Below are positions 27,034-41,479 of a DNA stretch of 64,000 bases, piece by piece (the first letter of the stretch is position 1; each line of letters opens with the position of its first letter). The DNA is taken from assembly GCA_964016885.1 (NCBI GenBank), contig OZ024742.1:84320001-84384000 (forward strand), in the 5' to 3' direction. This DNA is from Eledone cirrhosa (Eukaryota). The translations under genes were made by a program, and so were the position numbers. The notes below the pieces were generated by a model. It searched no databases, was not told the origin of the DNA, and saw nothing but the letters and a program-made list of their open reading frames with translations.

Positions 27034-30000
27034 CTCGACCACCCGTGACCCGTTGGGTCATGTTCACTTAAAAATATTTTTTAAATAATTAAAATATACA
27101 CAAAATGTTATTGGAAAGTTAATATATATATACGTGTATGCACGTGTATATATACGAGTTTTGTGTGGGGGTGTCTGTGGCCTATATATACTGGTCACAG
27201 ACAAACACACACATACATACTGTCCTAACACAAGTTATAAGATACATATAACGTAATATTCAGTCACCAAATTCAAGCTAGATACAGTAATGCTGTATTC
27301 GATTCTTTGAAGTCTCCTGTCATAATTTCATTCAACAACACCATCAGCTCCCCCCCTCTCTCTCTCTCTCTCACTCTCTCTCTCTCACAGCCACTATTTG
27401 CGTTTGTATTCACCTTTCAATGGTACATTACTTTCAAAGAATTTCCCCATTATGCGCTGATTTGGCTATTTATAAAGGTAGCCGAAAAAACCCCGCGTAT
27501 CTCAGGAACCCGTGGTCCAATTTACGCGAAACTTGTCTTTTCACTGTATTATTCACAAGTATTTTCACAAAGAAAATATCAAATCATTTTTCATTAATAG
27601 CTATCCAATCACTCCACTTCAAAATTCTTTTTTTGTATATCTCTATGGATGCTTGACTGTTTGTTCTGAAAGATTTTTCTGCTTAAAAAGTTGCAATGTT
27701 AATGAAAAGCTGGTTTTATTTACAAAAATGTGAAAGAAATTATTCTTACTTGTCTTAGTTTTTTCTTTTTCTTTCATTTTCTGACGTCGGAATCAACATT
27801 TTCTCATATTTAGGCTGGTACAGTTTGTTCAAAAGAATGCTTTCGATGACAACATTCTTAGTTGACTGGGTATTCTTCAGAAACACTCTGACATTTTCTT
27901 TTCGTTTTCCGCGGCTAAGGGCCTCATACAGTTGACCGTGTTGGAATACAGGTCGTTCCAGATAAACCAAGACGTTTTCCATAGTTTCTCCTTGTGCTTT
28001 ATGAATAGTCATAGCGAAGCACGATTGAACTGGGAATTGGCTTCGCTGCAAAGGGATATTCTCACCTTCGGATAGATTAATTCTTATTCTAGGTATCATA
28101 ACGATCTCATTTCTGAAAGCAGCAGTGTTGATTCTTGCTACTATGAGATTGTCGTGCAGTTCTTCCACGATCATGCGCGTTCAATTACAAAGCCTTGGGG
28201 GATTCAAGTTTCTCATACGAATTATTGGCGATCCTTTTTCAATTCCAGGTTATGTGGTGGCAGTCCTGATAGTTCAACCAAATCAAGGAATTCAGTCGAG
28301 AAATGAGTGGCATTAGCACCATCACTCACATAATTATAGGATCGTACTCTTTTATGGTTCCAGGGAAGCGTCTGATACAGGTGGAATTGATGATTCTCAT
28401 CATTTCATTCAGAGGTATTAAGATGCAATTGTTCGAAAACAATTCAGCTGGATTGTCGAATGAGGGGTAGATGAAATCAATACATTCTTCCATAGTTGTT
28501 GCTTGGAGAACCATTTCTTTTGAACATTTTCATTTTTTAAAATCTTATCTTCTCCAATATCCAATAGGAACTGTGAATAGTCTCCTGCTCCCTCACCCAA
28601 TCGCATGTTTGTCTTCAACTGAAATCTTTTCAAGCTTCGCCATAAGCAGGATTTTTTAATGCAGACGTTTTCCACGTCCGCTTCATTTGCCCTTTTCACT
28701 GCCGGAAGAAGCTGACGGAAATCGTCACAGCAAATTGTCAAAATTCCACCGAATGCCTCATTGTTGTCGCATATGTCACGCAGAGTGAGGTCAACAGCTT
28801 CGAAGCTTTCCCTCCGTATCATAGGACACTCATTCCAAACAATCAGCCTTGTATGCTGGAAGAGGTTTGCCGTCGTTGAGATTTTATCAATGTTGTACAG
28901 ATCATTTTCTTTCACTACTATCGGTATTTTGAACCTAGAATACGCTGTTTTTCCACCAGCCATCAGTGTTGCGGCAATGCCAGATGACGCAACAGCAATA
29001 GCCACGTCGCCGTTACCCCTAACTTTTGAAAAAATTAAGTTAATCAGGAATATCTTTCCTGTTCCACCTGGAGCGTCAATGAAAATGAATGCAGATGTGT
29101 TCGTCTCTAAACTGTTACAAACGAAGTCGTACACGTGATTTTGTTCACTATTCAACAGAGGCTTCGTCTCTTCTACAAATCGTCGCTGCTCTTCTCTTCT
29201 GTATTGCAATTCATGCAATAACTCCAAATTGCGAATATCCTGATTATTGGCAATATTATTTGGCCTTGGCAAGTTAAAGTCACTAAGACTTTTGCCCAGG
29301 TCGTTAAGTTTGTCTTCAAAATACAGAAGACATTGATCATAATGTCTCTCGCTAATCAAAAGGTTAGAGTTTCTGGTAGCCTTTTTTTCTATTTGAAGGT
29401 AATCCTCAGACAGCGAATGCTTAAATCGAACCCATAATCCAGTGGAATCGTCAATTTCCGTATTTGTGAGGAGCACGTGAATAGATCTCTCATGGCCTTG
29501 TTCGCTCAGCATCTTCCAGAGTCTGCTGCCAATGATCATCCGATTGAAGCAAACCTTTCTCTCTGCAGACGTCTTTGAATAATGTCAGGAGTTCTCCATC
29601 ACACATTTTCAATGAGTTGCAGTATACTGGCCCTTTGACGTGATGCAGAAGCAGTCTTAAATAATACAGGTCACCACTTCTTGGAGAAACAGTGTATACT
29701 CGTCCCAAAACGTTCGTCTCAAAAATCCCTGGATACTGCTCATCTCTTATTACTCCAAGTGTAAAACTTTGGCACGTCGGCATAATACAATGTTTTTGCA
29801 AACGGATCGCGATCGCAAAGATCCATGAACTCAGTCAGAGTCGTTTTAGTCATGTTATTGTTTACTTTAACAGCAGCATTGACCCGAAAGAAGATTCGAT
29901 TTCCCTCAGGTAGATGAACTTGAAGGCGAACTACGGCCGGTTCTCTCTCATGAATCGGAAATCCAAGTACCAAGGCAACAACTTCTGAAGGACCGATATA

Positions 30001-33000
30001 TATTCCTGTTAAATACTGTATTATCTCATCTTCCCTGTCCACTCCAAACATTGCCTGATCACTGCCCTTCATGGTAGATTTGATAACGTATTTGATCGAT
30101 TTCACGGAAGAGCACATCTCTACATTTAGGTGGCAGTTGAACAGTTTTAATAGTTTCATATTGTAGCGAACCAACCATTCCGTAGTTATATTTCGGCTTC
30201 CCCTTCCTCCTTGGTGCCCCTCAAATCCTCCCATTCCTGGAGACCGTCTTCTGTACACAGGATAAGAGCCCTCTCCACACAATGTATATTCATTGAAAGG
30301 CTTAGGGTACCGCTTACTGCACGTTAGATCTTTCCAACACGGCGAATTGTTAGAGCAATTCGGACCGTGGATAATGTGCTTCAGCACCAATTCATGACCC
30401 TCTGGATCATTGTTTGGATCTGGTATTTCGGCTTGAACAAATTTATCATATTCCTGCGGTCTGGGCTTGGAGGCTTCATTGAGACATAGCAAACAGTGCA
30501 CACGAGGAAGACCTCGCTTTTGATATTCGACTGTCAGCACGTAAGGAATGCACTCAACAAATAGGCCATCTACTCCAGTTTCCGCTTCAGGTCAAATACT
30601 CTGGCAATTAAATCTGGCCTGTCATGTGGCCTCTGATTCAGGAGTAGGTTTTGCCGGATTTCGGGCCATTTTGGATTGTATGTCATTGTGATAAAGAACG
30701 AAGGATTGCCGTACTTCCGTATGTACATCATGGCATCCTGGCTTCGCTCCATCATATATCTCGGTCCACCGACAAATGTGGTAGAGAGTATGATTCGCCT
30801 GCCAATATTGCGAAAATCGTCATCATCATTCAATGCGTCAGTAAAACCCTTGTATGTTGTAGATCGCAATGATGTTTGATTCATTCAGATGTATTGCAGT
30901 CTATCTCCTTCAATCTTCGCAGCCATGTAAACCAAATATTGCTGAAATAAACGTCCACCTATGAGAAGTTGGTTGAATTTATTCTCATGGTTCATATTCG
31001 ATAGGCATAGTAACGCATTGGCGTCAACTTCTTCTTGTTGCTCATTAACAGCTCATGATGCCAAAAGGAAAAAATAGAACATACTGCAAACTGTCATAGA
31101 ACCGATGGGACACTGAGATTATTTGCAATTGTCCGCCTTTTTCTTTCAACACAATGTGCCGTGCTTTTGCCTGAAGTTCGGTGCTGTTTTGTATAATAAC
31201 GGCAACTTCGTTTGCAGTTTTTGCATTGAATCTTCTCTCATGTTCCATTGCTGGTATCCTATCAGGATCAATAATAATCAAAGCTTCGGGAATATTTTTA
31301 ATTTGTTCTTTTGCCATTCGAAATGAAGCAACGTAAGGGTTATAATGTCTGAGTATTATTTCCAATAATTCAACTATGTCGCGCTGAATTCCATCGTTAT
31401 GGAGTATCCTGATCCTCAAATCAACACTATCCTGAGGATCCAAGAAGTAAATTTAAAGAAATTGGGGTTGTTCGTTAGGATTAGGGGTTAAGGAACCGAT
31501 GTAATGGTGAATTTGACCATGAATAACGATAGAAGGATTCCATCCACTACTTGAGGAACGAACTTCTTCGGCTCCAAATGATGTCATTTGGAACAGGCAG
31601 TTGTATTGTCTGAAGATTTTCCTGAACCCGTTTTCCCTAGGTTGATCAGTACTAAATAAACTGTGAAGATCCAGCAGTTTCACCATAAAAAAGCATTGCA
31701 TGACAACAGACACAGATCTTATTCATCTGTCCAACATCAGCAGAGAGGTCACGTCGTTGAACTGTCCTTGCTCTATCCCTAATGGTTTGTTGGCAAAGAC
31801 GTTCAGCTCTCCGACCATCCGATTCATGATCTCTCCTGCTTCTGTCTCTTTCCCTCTGTTCCGCCAGACGCTCAGCTCTCCGACCATCCGATTCATGATC
31901 TATCCTGATTCTGTCTCTTTATCTCTGTTCCGCCAGACGCTCAGCTCTCCGACCATCCGATTCATGATCTCTCCTTCTTCTGTCTCTTTCCCTCTGTTCC
32001 GCCAGACGCGCAGCCCTTGCTTCATCAGTCTCATTGATCCTTCTATTTGCATGCTTGTCCCGATCTTCTTGGCGTTGACCACTATCTTGCTCACCTTCTT
32101 CGGCTCTCCTGAGCCGTGATTTCTTTCCACTATCGATTGACCAACCAGATGTTTTCTTTCTTCCTCGTCGAGGCATTATTTAAGAATCGAAAATCGTATT
32201 CACCTTAGAAAAAATTCCTATTACCTCAACAAATATTTTTTTAAAATCATCATTAGAAATATTTCTAAATAATGAAAATATTGTCTGTTTAAGCAACTCG
32301 TATTTTTCAAATCATATTCACTTAAAAAATACTTATTAATAATAAAAATATTATGTTTAAAGAAAGCTGAACAAGTGTTCAAATAAGTTGTATTTTTTAA
32401 GTCATTTTCACTTTAGAACACTTTTTAAATATGCCAAGAAATATTTCTTCCATCGTATTCACTCGAAAATAATAAAAAAAAAAATGAAGATATTGTCTAT
32501 ATAAATAAAGCTATTTGTGAAATCAAATTCACTTTAAAATATTTCTAAATAATTGAAATATTCTTTTTAACCAAAGCAAAAATATAAACACATACTGTTT
32601 AAAACCAACTGGTATTTTTCAGTCATATTCACTTAATGCTTTTCTGATAATGAAAATATCGTCTGTTTAAAGAAAGCTCAAATATAGATACTTGAAGTAC
32701 AAACAACTTGTAGTTTTGAAATCCTATTCACTGAGAAATCACTGAAAAATCTTTTTTTAATAATTATTAAAAAATGTCACGAATGATGAAAATAGTTTAT
32801 GTCGATTTACGTCAAACTTGTTTTATCCCCATTTCAGGGTTATGTCACTTACAGGGCTATTTTTCCATTATGCACCGTTTTGGCTATTTACGAAGGTATC
32901 ATACACCCACACAAATATATATATGTCTCTAACTTAAGTAATGTTACACACACACACATGTCTCTAAGTACGTAAACACATGCCCTGGCACACATACACA

Positions 33001-33674
33001 TACAAATACAGACGGTGGCAGTAGAACTGTGAAAGAGAGAAAGAAATAACGTTATGGATAGGGGAGAGAGTTAAAATAAATAAAAGTTAAGGACGCTGTC
33101 TCTTTCCCTATCTGTCATGCCCCCTCTCTCTCTCATCCCTTTATTCTCTCTCTCATCCCCTCACACTCTCTCTTTCTCTCTCTCTCCCCCTCACTCTTTC
33201 TTTCTCTCTTTCACCTCCTCTCTGTCTCTCTTACCTACAGAATGGACAACCAAAAACAAATGGATTATTTCTTTCGATATTCATTATAAAATAAGATAAA
33301 TTGAATTTAGATGAATTCCTTGCTATTTTTGGAAAATTGAAAATATTGTCCATGTCCGATTTACGCCAAACTTGTTTTATTCAGAGTATTTTCTCATTAT
33401 GCAATGTTTTGGCTTTTTACGACGTTTTGCAGGGTTATGTTAATTTCGAGGTATTTTCCCAGTATGCACTGTTGTGGCTATTTACGAAGGTACCCCCAAA
33501 ACCCGCGAATCACGGGAATCCGGGGTCAGATTTTCGCGAAACTTGTTTTATTCAATTTTTATTCCCATTTCAGAGGCAACTTGCTTTCAAAGTATTTACC
33601 CATTGTGCACCCTTTTGGGTCTATTACATAACAGACAAGCAAGAAAGCAAGCACGCAAGATCAGAGTTTTAGTA

Positions 33675-33680
<6 letters not shown>
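27034..33680 (-). mobile_element. Helitron 1 (decayed autonomous element)
   Basis: 3' hairpin TGACCC-AAC-GGGTCA plus a CGAG (CTAG-like) end at 27034; 5' end (..TATACTACTAAAA) merges into (TA)n near 33680; internal Rep/helicase. Confidence 0.85.
27755..32176 (-). pseudogene. Helitron RepHel (STPR-like repeats, HUH Rep, PIF1-like helicase), multiple stops/frameshifts
   Basis: FITMTYNPKWPEI, VEYQKRGLPRVH, KSIKYVIK, DAPGGTGK, SSGIAA, FAMTIHKAQG, FQHGQLYEALSR. Confidence 0.92.
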
Positions 33681-33765
<85 letters not shown>

Positions 33766-33769
33766 AATG

Positions 33770-34134
33770 TGCTTGTTGACACCTGAAATATAGCTTAAGA
33801 AAAACTTTACAATAAGGAAAGGCACCCAAAATTTGAACTGGTTTATAGAATTCTTTCTGCCTTTGTCACCCTAAATACAGCTTTTAAGAATTAGCTTTTA
33901 AAGAATTTCTTTAAACCCATCAACTAATGACCTCCATCCATCCATCCCCCCCTCTCATACCACCAGAAAATATATAAATACCACCATATTTACTTGGACA
34001 GTCAACTTCCTGAAGATGTCTCACGAATGCAACAGTTCTAGTTCTGTAGAAGCTTTTCTATATTAAACATTTATACTCTGCTATGCATTGAGTACATTAC
34101 TTACTGTGGTTACCCCGGAGTGAACCCGGGATAA

Positions 34135-34135
<1 letters not shown>
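33770..34135 (+). mobile_element. Family B Penelope-like pLTR repeat with decayed hammerhead (34006-34053)
   Basis: CUUC-CUGAAGA...GCAA-CAG-uucuaguu-CUG-UA/GAAG; homologous to 1935-2470(-). Confidence 0.5.
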
Positions 34136-34191
<56 letters not shown>

Positions 34192-34307
34192 AGCAAAGTA
34201 GTTCCACAACAGTTAGATCACCATTACCGAGAACAATTATTTCACCTTATTCGCATCATATATATATATAGATGTGTGTGCATGTGTATATATTTATATA
34301 CACACAT

Positions 34308-34348
<41 letters not shown>

Positions 34349-34836
34349 CATATATATGTGTGCATATACATATAAATATATATATATGTGTATATATATA
34401 TGAGTGCGTGTGTATGTGTGTGTGTATAAATGTAATTTGGCTTTTTCGAATTATTCGTTTGCAATTATGCAAACAGCCTATTTAAGCCATATCAGTAGAA
34501 TGACTCCGTTATTATTGCTCTTGTGTTGGCATATGAACAGAAGGGCAGACACTAATGTTTCTGGGATTAATACTCTTCATCAATACCGTATACTGTTTAC
34601 TTGCCAACTGTCAGAGCTAGTTAAAATATATGATATTTTCTAAAATATACGGTGACTGATCGGCTTGATTTGCATATTTCAGACTGCTTGATCAGTCAGA
34701 TTTGCATATCAGCAGATAGGCCAGTCAGTTTCATGAATACGAGCGATTGGTGGACGGCTTCGCCATATTCAAATAACTAACAAATAGTGTTATCGCTCTA
34801 CAGCCATGTAGAGCGATAAGACTATTTGTTAGTTAT

Positions 34837-34923
<87 letters not shown>

Positions 34924-34935
34924 CACACACACACA

Positions 34936-35034
<99 letters not shown>

Positions 35035-36975
35035 TACCAGCGCAGAGAGAGTGGGACCTAGCATGTATATTAAAGCTAAATATAATATATCTGATAAACA
35101 TATATTTATTGCCGCTCCTAAACAGAAACAGAATCTCTGATTATAGCTCAGGAACCGCGGCATGCAGAGATCAAATTACTAGTTTAATCTCCCATTAAAA
35201 AATCACTATTGATCGCAAATCTTGTTTTCTAGAAAATTATATGAAGTGCCTTCATATATAATATTTTACTTAAATAATTAAGAAACCTTATGCTTTGTGC
35301 GTCATATTTGATGGGAAATATACTAGTATATATACATACATACATACACACACACACCACACCACACCACACCACCACACACACACACACATATATGTAT
35401 GCGTCTCTGTGTGTGTGTGACTATAAGCATGCTTTTGATGTATATATATAGTCAAATATATCTGATTGTAAAGTAGTACTTGAGTGTGTGTGCAAATATC
35501 GTTGAGTTTATATGAGGATCATGTGGACCGTATTGACGATGGCGAGGCATGGTTATAACTTCGTACTAGATATGACCGAAATAATCAAGCTTAGGGCAAT
35601 TTCGTATCAGATAGTTAATTAGAATTACTGAAGGAAGAAGCGGAACAACAGGAACAAATAATATGATGGAAAATACGTTTTTCATAATTATTTCAATTGT
35701 AAAAAACCTGTTCTTGCTACTGTAACGAAGGCCAAATTGATACGAATTAATTTTTGCTTAGAGTATTCCAAGAAATGAAACATATTAAATATTATTTTAT
35801 GTGGATTGATAAATATTTTCGTATTTTGTCTTTTAGCAAAGAATACATCTGTTCGTGATGGAGGAATTGTATTTGAAAGCACAACTACAGGTAGGCAATA
35901 CAAGATGCTTTTGATTATCAAACTTCGCTTCCAATAGAGCAATCATTTAAAAATGATAAGGTATTCTGAAAGAAAATCCTAATATTAGCACGATATTAGA
36001 ATTTGTCGTTGTCGGCAAATCCCACAAAAATATATAGCAAAACGTATATCTCGGAAACATTATAAAGAATTCAGTTAGTAAAAAATTCTTTTTCGCTTAG
36101 AACAGATTCGGATGTGAACAATCTCTGCTTAGTTTCCCGTAAAATACGTTAACCTTCCGTGACGTGTTAACGATGCTAATGCATGACTAGAATTTTAAGT
36201 GATGATATATTTCGGCAATTTGATACGATATTCTACAAGTTAATAGAATCTGTGAAATACCATTTGTGTATCTACTGCTGAAACAACAGCTTTATATTAC
36301 ATGACTCTGCGATTGATTGGTGCTATTTATAATGTATATGTCAGTTGTTTATATTTTACTCACGCGTGGATTATCCATTTGTGGTTCATTATTGATGTCA
36401 TTAAAACTGATCTATTTGCTCTTCACAGAGTATTTTCTTTCTCGAGCGTTTTCAAGCCACATACTATAGAAATAAAAGTGAATAAAGCTAAAGCAGAATT
36501 TTATCATGATTTTATTATATCAGCTCTGTGTTTTATTAAGGGACAGTATTACATTCCTTCATTAATATTTTGACAAGCCCTTCGTTTTAATTTGCCAGTT
36601 AATAAATGTAAATATTGCAAAGTCTTTCAAGTTGTTATTACTCATCACATACAAATTAAAATTTGACCCAAACTTTAGGCCCTTAAAATTAATTGTTGCT
36701 AATAATAATATAATTTTTGAGACCACATTTCCTTTATTAATAATCAACAGTACGGTTTGCATCAAAGTAAATTTACCAAATACCTACTCTCATATGTCCT
36801 TCATCAGTGACCTAGCGTAGTTGAGAAATTTGGTGAAAGCAATATCGTTGACTTTGTCACCATTAACACGCATGATCATTTCAATCATATGAGTTTCCTG
36901 ACAAAATTGTACACTTAGGTATCCATCTGTCTTCCACACTTTGGATCGGTAGTTTTTGCTCAACATTATTATGGC

Positions 36976-37245
36976 TGCGGTAGAGGGTCGGACGCCATGC
37001 TTTGCAGCAAAGAGTTACGGCCCTTTATAATCTGAGTTCAAATCCCGTCGAGGTTAACTTTGCCTTTCTTCCTTACGGGGAAACTGGGTATTTGCTGGCC
37101 GTGTGCCAAAAGTAGAAACAATTATTATGGCTGCTGTTAAACTTTGCCTTTCATTCTTACGTGGTCAATAAAATAAAGTACCAGTAATGCACTAGGTAAT
37201 TGCTGGCCTTGTGCCAAAAGTAGAAACAATTATTATAGCTGCTGT
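36976..37245 (+). mobile_element. SINE S1 copy plus partial tandem copy
   Basis: S1 body; flanking ATTATTATGGCTGC repeated at ~36966 and ~37121. Confidence 0.8.
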
Positions 37246-38119
37246 TAATAGAACACTGTATGAACCAGACTATAACAACACTGCCGTGTTTTATGTTTTA
37301 CGATCGTTCCACAAAAAACATTTATCCTGTACATCACTAAACTAATTGTCACCGTCTCCACCAACGTCCACTATTACCGAGATCACATTCCTTTATTCCG
37401 TCTTAACCTTTTGCACGCATCAACCATCCAGAATTCTGCTCTGACTCCTTAAACAGAGATATAGAAAACACCCTGTAATTAGATTACACGAACATTGTCA
37501 TTTTTCAGCAGTAGAAACAGACAAGCAAACAAATAAAAATCATTGCTAACGTTCATATCAAGAAAACATCACCGCATGTCACTCTCTCTTACACATGAAC
37601 ACCTGGCAACTGGAACCATCATAATCACCTCAAATGCTAGGCCTTACTATTACTGAGGATATCTCATGGTGATATCAATATTCAGAAACGTTAAGACTGC
37701 ATCTAAATGACTGGTCATTTTCTTCAGAGTCATATATTACTTCTCTACAAACAAGCATAACTCTAATTCTCTATAAAGCTCGGGTAAGTACTACTCTAAT
37801 ATACGAGACAGTATTGCTCTGGGTTCTTAATTTTGTTTATTTCACATATCAGGGAATATATTTTGTGGAGTTGTCCTTTACTGTGGCGCAACATCAACGT
37901 TTTTAATAGTGAGGTACAGTCACCAACATACCGCTTTGATGGTGATTAAGTTCATTAAGTTGACCCAAGATTAGATATATCTAATTTAAGCTGCAAGAGC
38001 GTGTTGAAAACCACATTTGAGCTGATCGCTACAGCTGGATTTTCTCTGCAGGTGTACTTGCCTAATCGTTTATTTCACGGAGTGTACCACGAAGCACCTG
38101 TGTAATGACTGATACCTTA

Positions 38120-38460
38120 TGTAAAGGGTAAAGGGTAAAGACCCCCTTCGGGCACGAATGACTATAGGATTTGCACCGAGAAAGTTCGCCTCCAAGGCAC
38201 AAGTGGCAAGGTTGTTTGTGAAAGACCTGCAGTTTCCCATACATACCAGTCTCCCCTCTCCACGCCACTGATGTGATCCAAGGGAAAGGCAAAGGATGAT
38301 ACAGTTTGGCAGTGACGTCGCAACTCATTTCTACAGCTGAGTAAACTGGAGCAACGTGAAATAAAGTATTTTGCTCAAGAACACAACGCAAAACCCGGTC
38401 GGAGAATCAAACTCACAACCTCACGATTGTATGCTCGACGCTCAAACCATGCGCTTTACC
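38120..38460 (-). mobile_element. Second tRNA-derived SINE family (S2) with (TTTACCC)n-like tail
   Basis: Minus strand: tRNA-like head (GTGAGTTTGATTCTCCGACC), then GTGTTCTTGAGCAAAATACTTTATTTCACGTTGCTCCAGT core; ends TTTACCCTTTACCC. Confidence 0.7.
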
Positions 38461-39021
38461 CGATAGCTTATATATCTATATACACAAAATATTAGATTGA
38501 CATTGTCTCTCATGTGTTCTTCGACTATTTTAATGAATATACTTTTCATCCCGGATATGTAAAAATAATTACCCTCTCACAAGTACACTTGATGGGGCTG
38601 TCGGTAAAGTAACTGACCACCAGATCATGCAATATGCTGTACTGCGTTATTTGCTGCCAATAACATTCATAAACGATCTGTTTACATATACTGAGTCAAG
38701 GACGCACGTATATAAGCATTCATGTAATATTAATGTTTTCACTTAGTATACACTGTGAGAATAGCAAGTGAGCAGAAGAAAGGAAAAGTAATTAAGAATT
38801 CATAACCGATAACTGGTGACTAACGTATGGTTAAGAAACCAATAGAGGCTTGTTTCCTGATGCAGCACTTTGCGTAAATTATGTATGTGGCTGACTGTTT
38901 CTAAGTGCATTTCTTGGAAGATCCCTGTCTATAAGAGATATATACCGGGTTTATATGCGAAGCCAAAACACGTTTGATATATACATGAGTCGCTCAGCTC
39001 TAGGGTTAAACTTTTAGCGCA

Positions 39022-39124
<103 letters not shown>

Positions 39125-39176
39125 GCTACTGTACGTCTGTACACATATATGTATGTACGTATACATACATACTTAC

Positions 39177-39227
<51 letters not shown>

Positions 39228-39270
39228 TATAAACATACATATATATATATATATATATCTACATATATTT

Positions 39271-39332
<62 letters not shown>

Positions 39333-39336
<4 letters not shown>

Positions 39337-39620
39337 CTTTGATAACTTTGATAGGTTTCGGCCAGTATTGGCCCAGACAATGTCTAACTTAATAGCACCA
39401 CCAGGTGAAGTCTTACAAATCAGTGTTTGGGGAAAATGACCCAATCGAGCAGAGAGTTATTGCTTACGGAGGCTTATCCGGGTGTAGGAGACTTATCCGG
39501 GATTTCTTGAAGGAATTTATCCAAAGACTTCTTGAACTTGATGGGGTCTGTCTCTGCTTTGATGTGTCTTGGTGTAATGTTAAAGAGTGCAGTTCCAATT
39601 GAGGTGAAATAATTGTGCCG

Positions 39621-39622
<2 letters not shown>
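39333..39622 (-). mobile_element. 3' end of a CR1-like LINE
   Basis: LFNITPRHIK...FKKSLDKFLQEIPDKSPTPG, then a GGCCA-ATAC-TGGCC stem-loop and (ATCAAAGTT)2 tail. Confidence 0.75.
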
Positions 39623-39652
<30 letters not shown>

Positions 39653-39715
39653 TGTATGTATGTATGTATGTATGTATGTATGTATGTATGTATGTCAAGT
39701 ATGTATGTATGTATG

Positions 39716-40323
39716 TCAGGTCACCAGTTGGTGCTACTGGTAACATGTATCCCACTACAACCTGTCCCATGGTCGGGTCGTTGGCGACTAAACTGGCAAC
39801 CCTACCAAGGTTTCTTGGTGAGGAGGGTGACTTTCAACATCCTGCATGACAAAAAACAAAACCTGTCAAAGTGCAAAGGAACTCTTAAGAGTCAATGGCC
39901 ATCCAAAATCACCGGGGGAGATGACCCCTTAGCCTTTGTCAAGGCAGAATTCTAGGAGAAGGAAAACTCTGATATAACACCTGCAACCCTGATGGTATCC
40001 AATGATGTTGACTTGTTCTTCTTTTGGTAAATATCATCTTGGTTAAGAGAGTGGGACTGGCGTTGTGCAGTGCCTTTGCTCACTATTAAAGCTTCACGGC
40101 ACAGGCATTGCTTTATATCTGGATATCTCTCTGTACTTGTCGTCAGATGGTACCATGGGCCCGACACTATGTGTCAATAATTGTCACAAGTGTAGTGTTT
40201 GTACCAGAGTTTTCAAGTCGCTGGCTAGACTAAAAGGTCACACTCGTTCAGCGCATCGGTAGGGGTTCCCCTACATGGATATAAAGTAGTAGCCGTACTC
40301 GAAAACGAGTTGGCAGCAACCAT
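39716..40323 (+). mobile_element. ~610-bp non-autonomous RTE-derived element, copy 1, flanked by (TATG)n
   Basis: Colinear with 54828-55436; ends in the C2H2-like CSVCTRVFKSLARLKGHTRSAH typical of RTE-BovB-type 3' ends. Confidence 0.7.
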
Positions 40324-40359
40324 GTATGTATGTATATATATATGTACATACATGCATAC

Positions 40360-40390
<31 letters not shown>

Positions 40391-40439
40391 AGAGAGAGTG
40401 TGTGTATGTGAGCGTGTGCTGTTAACTATATATACATAC

Positions 40440-41418
<979 letters not shown>

Positions 41419-41425
41419 CATACAT

Positions 41426-41479
<54 letters not shown>

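Noticed and set aside
37645-37732. CTGAGGA...GAAACGTT (+) and CTGAAGA-hairpin (-) motifs
   Set aside because: The + motif lacks helix I and the - motif lacks GAAA/NUH.
39350-39378. GGCCA-ATAC-TGGCC-GAAAC on the minus strand, resembling hammerhead helix II
   Set aside because: No CUGANGA core; better explained as the 3' stem-loop of the CR1-like LINE.
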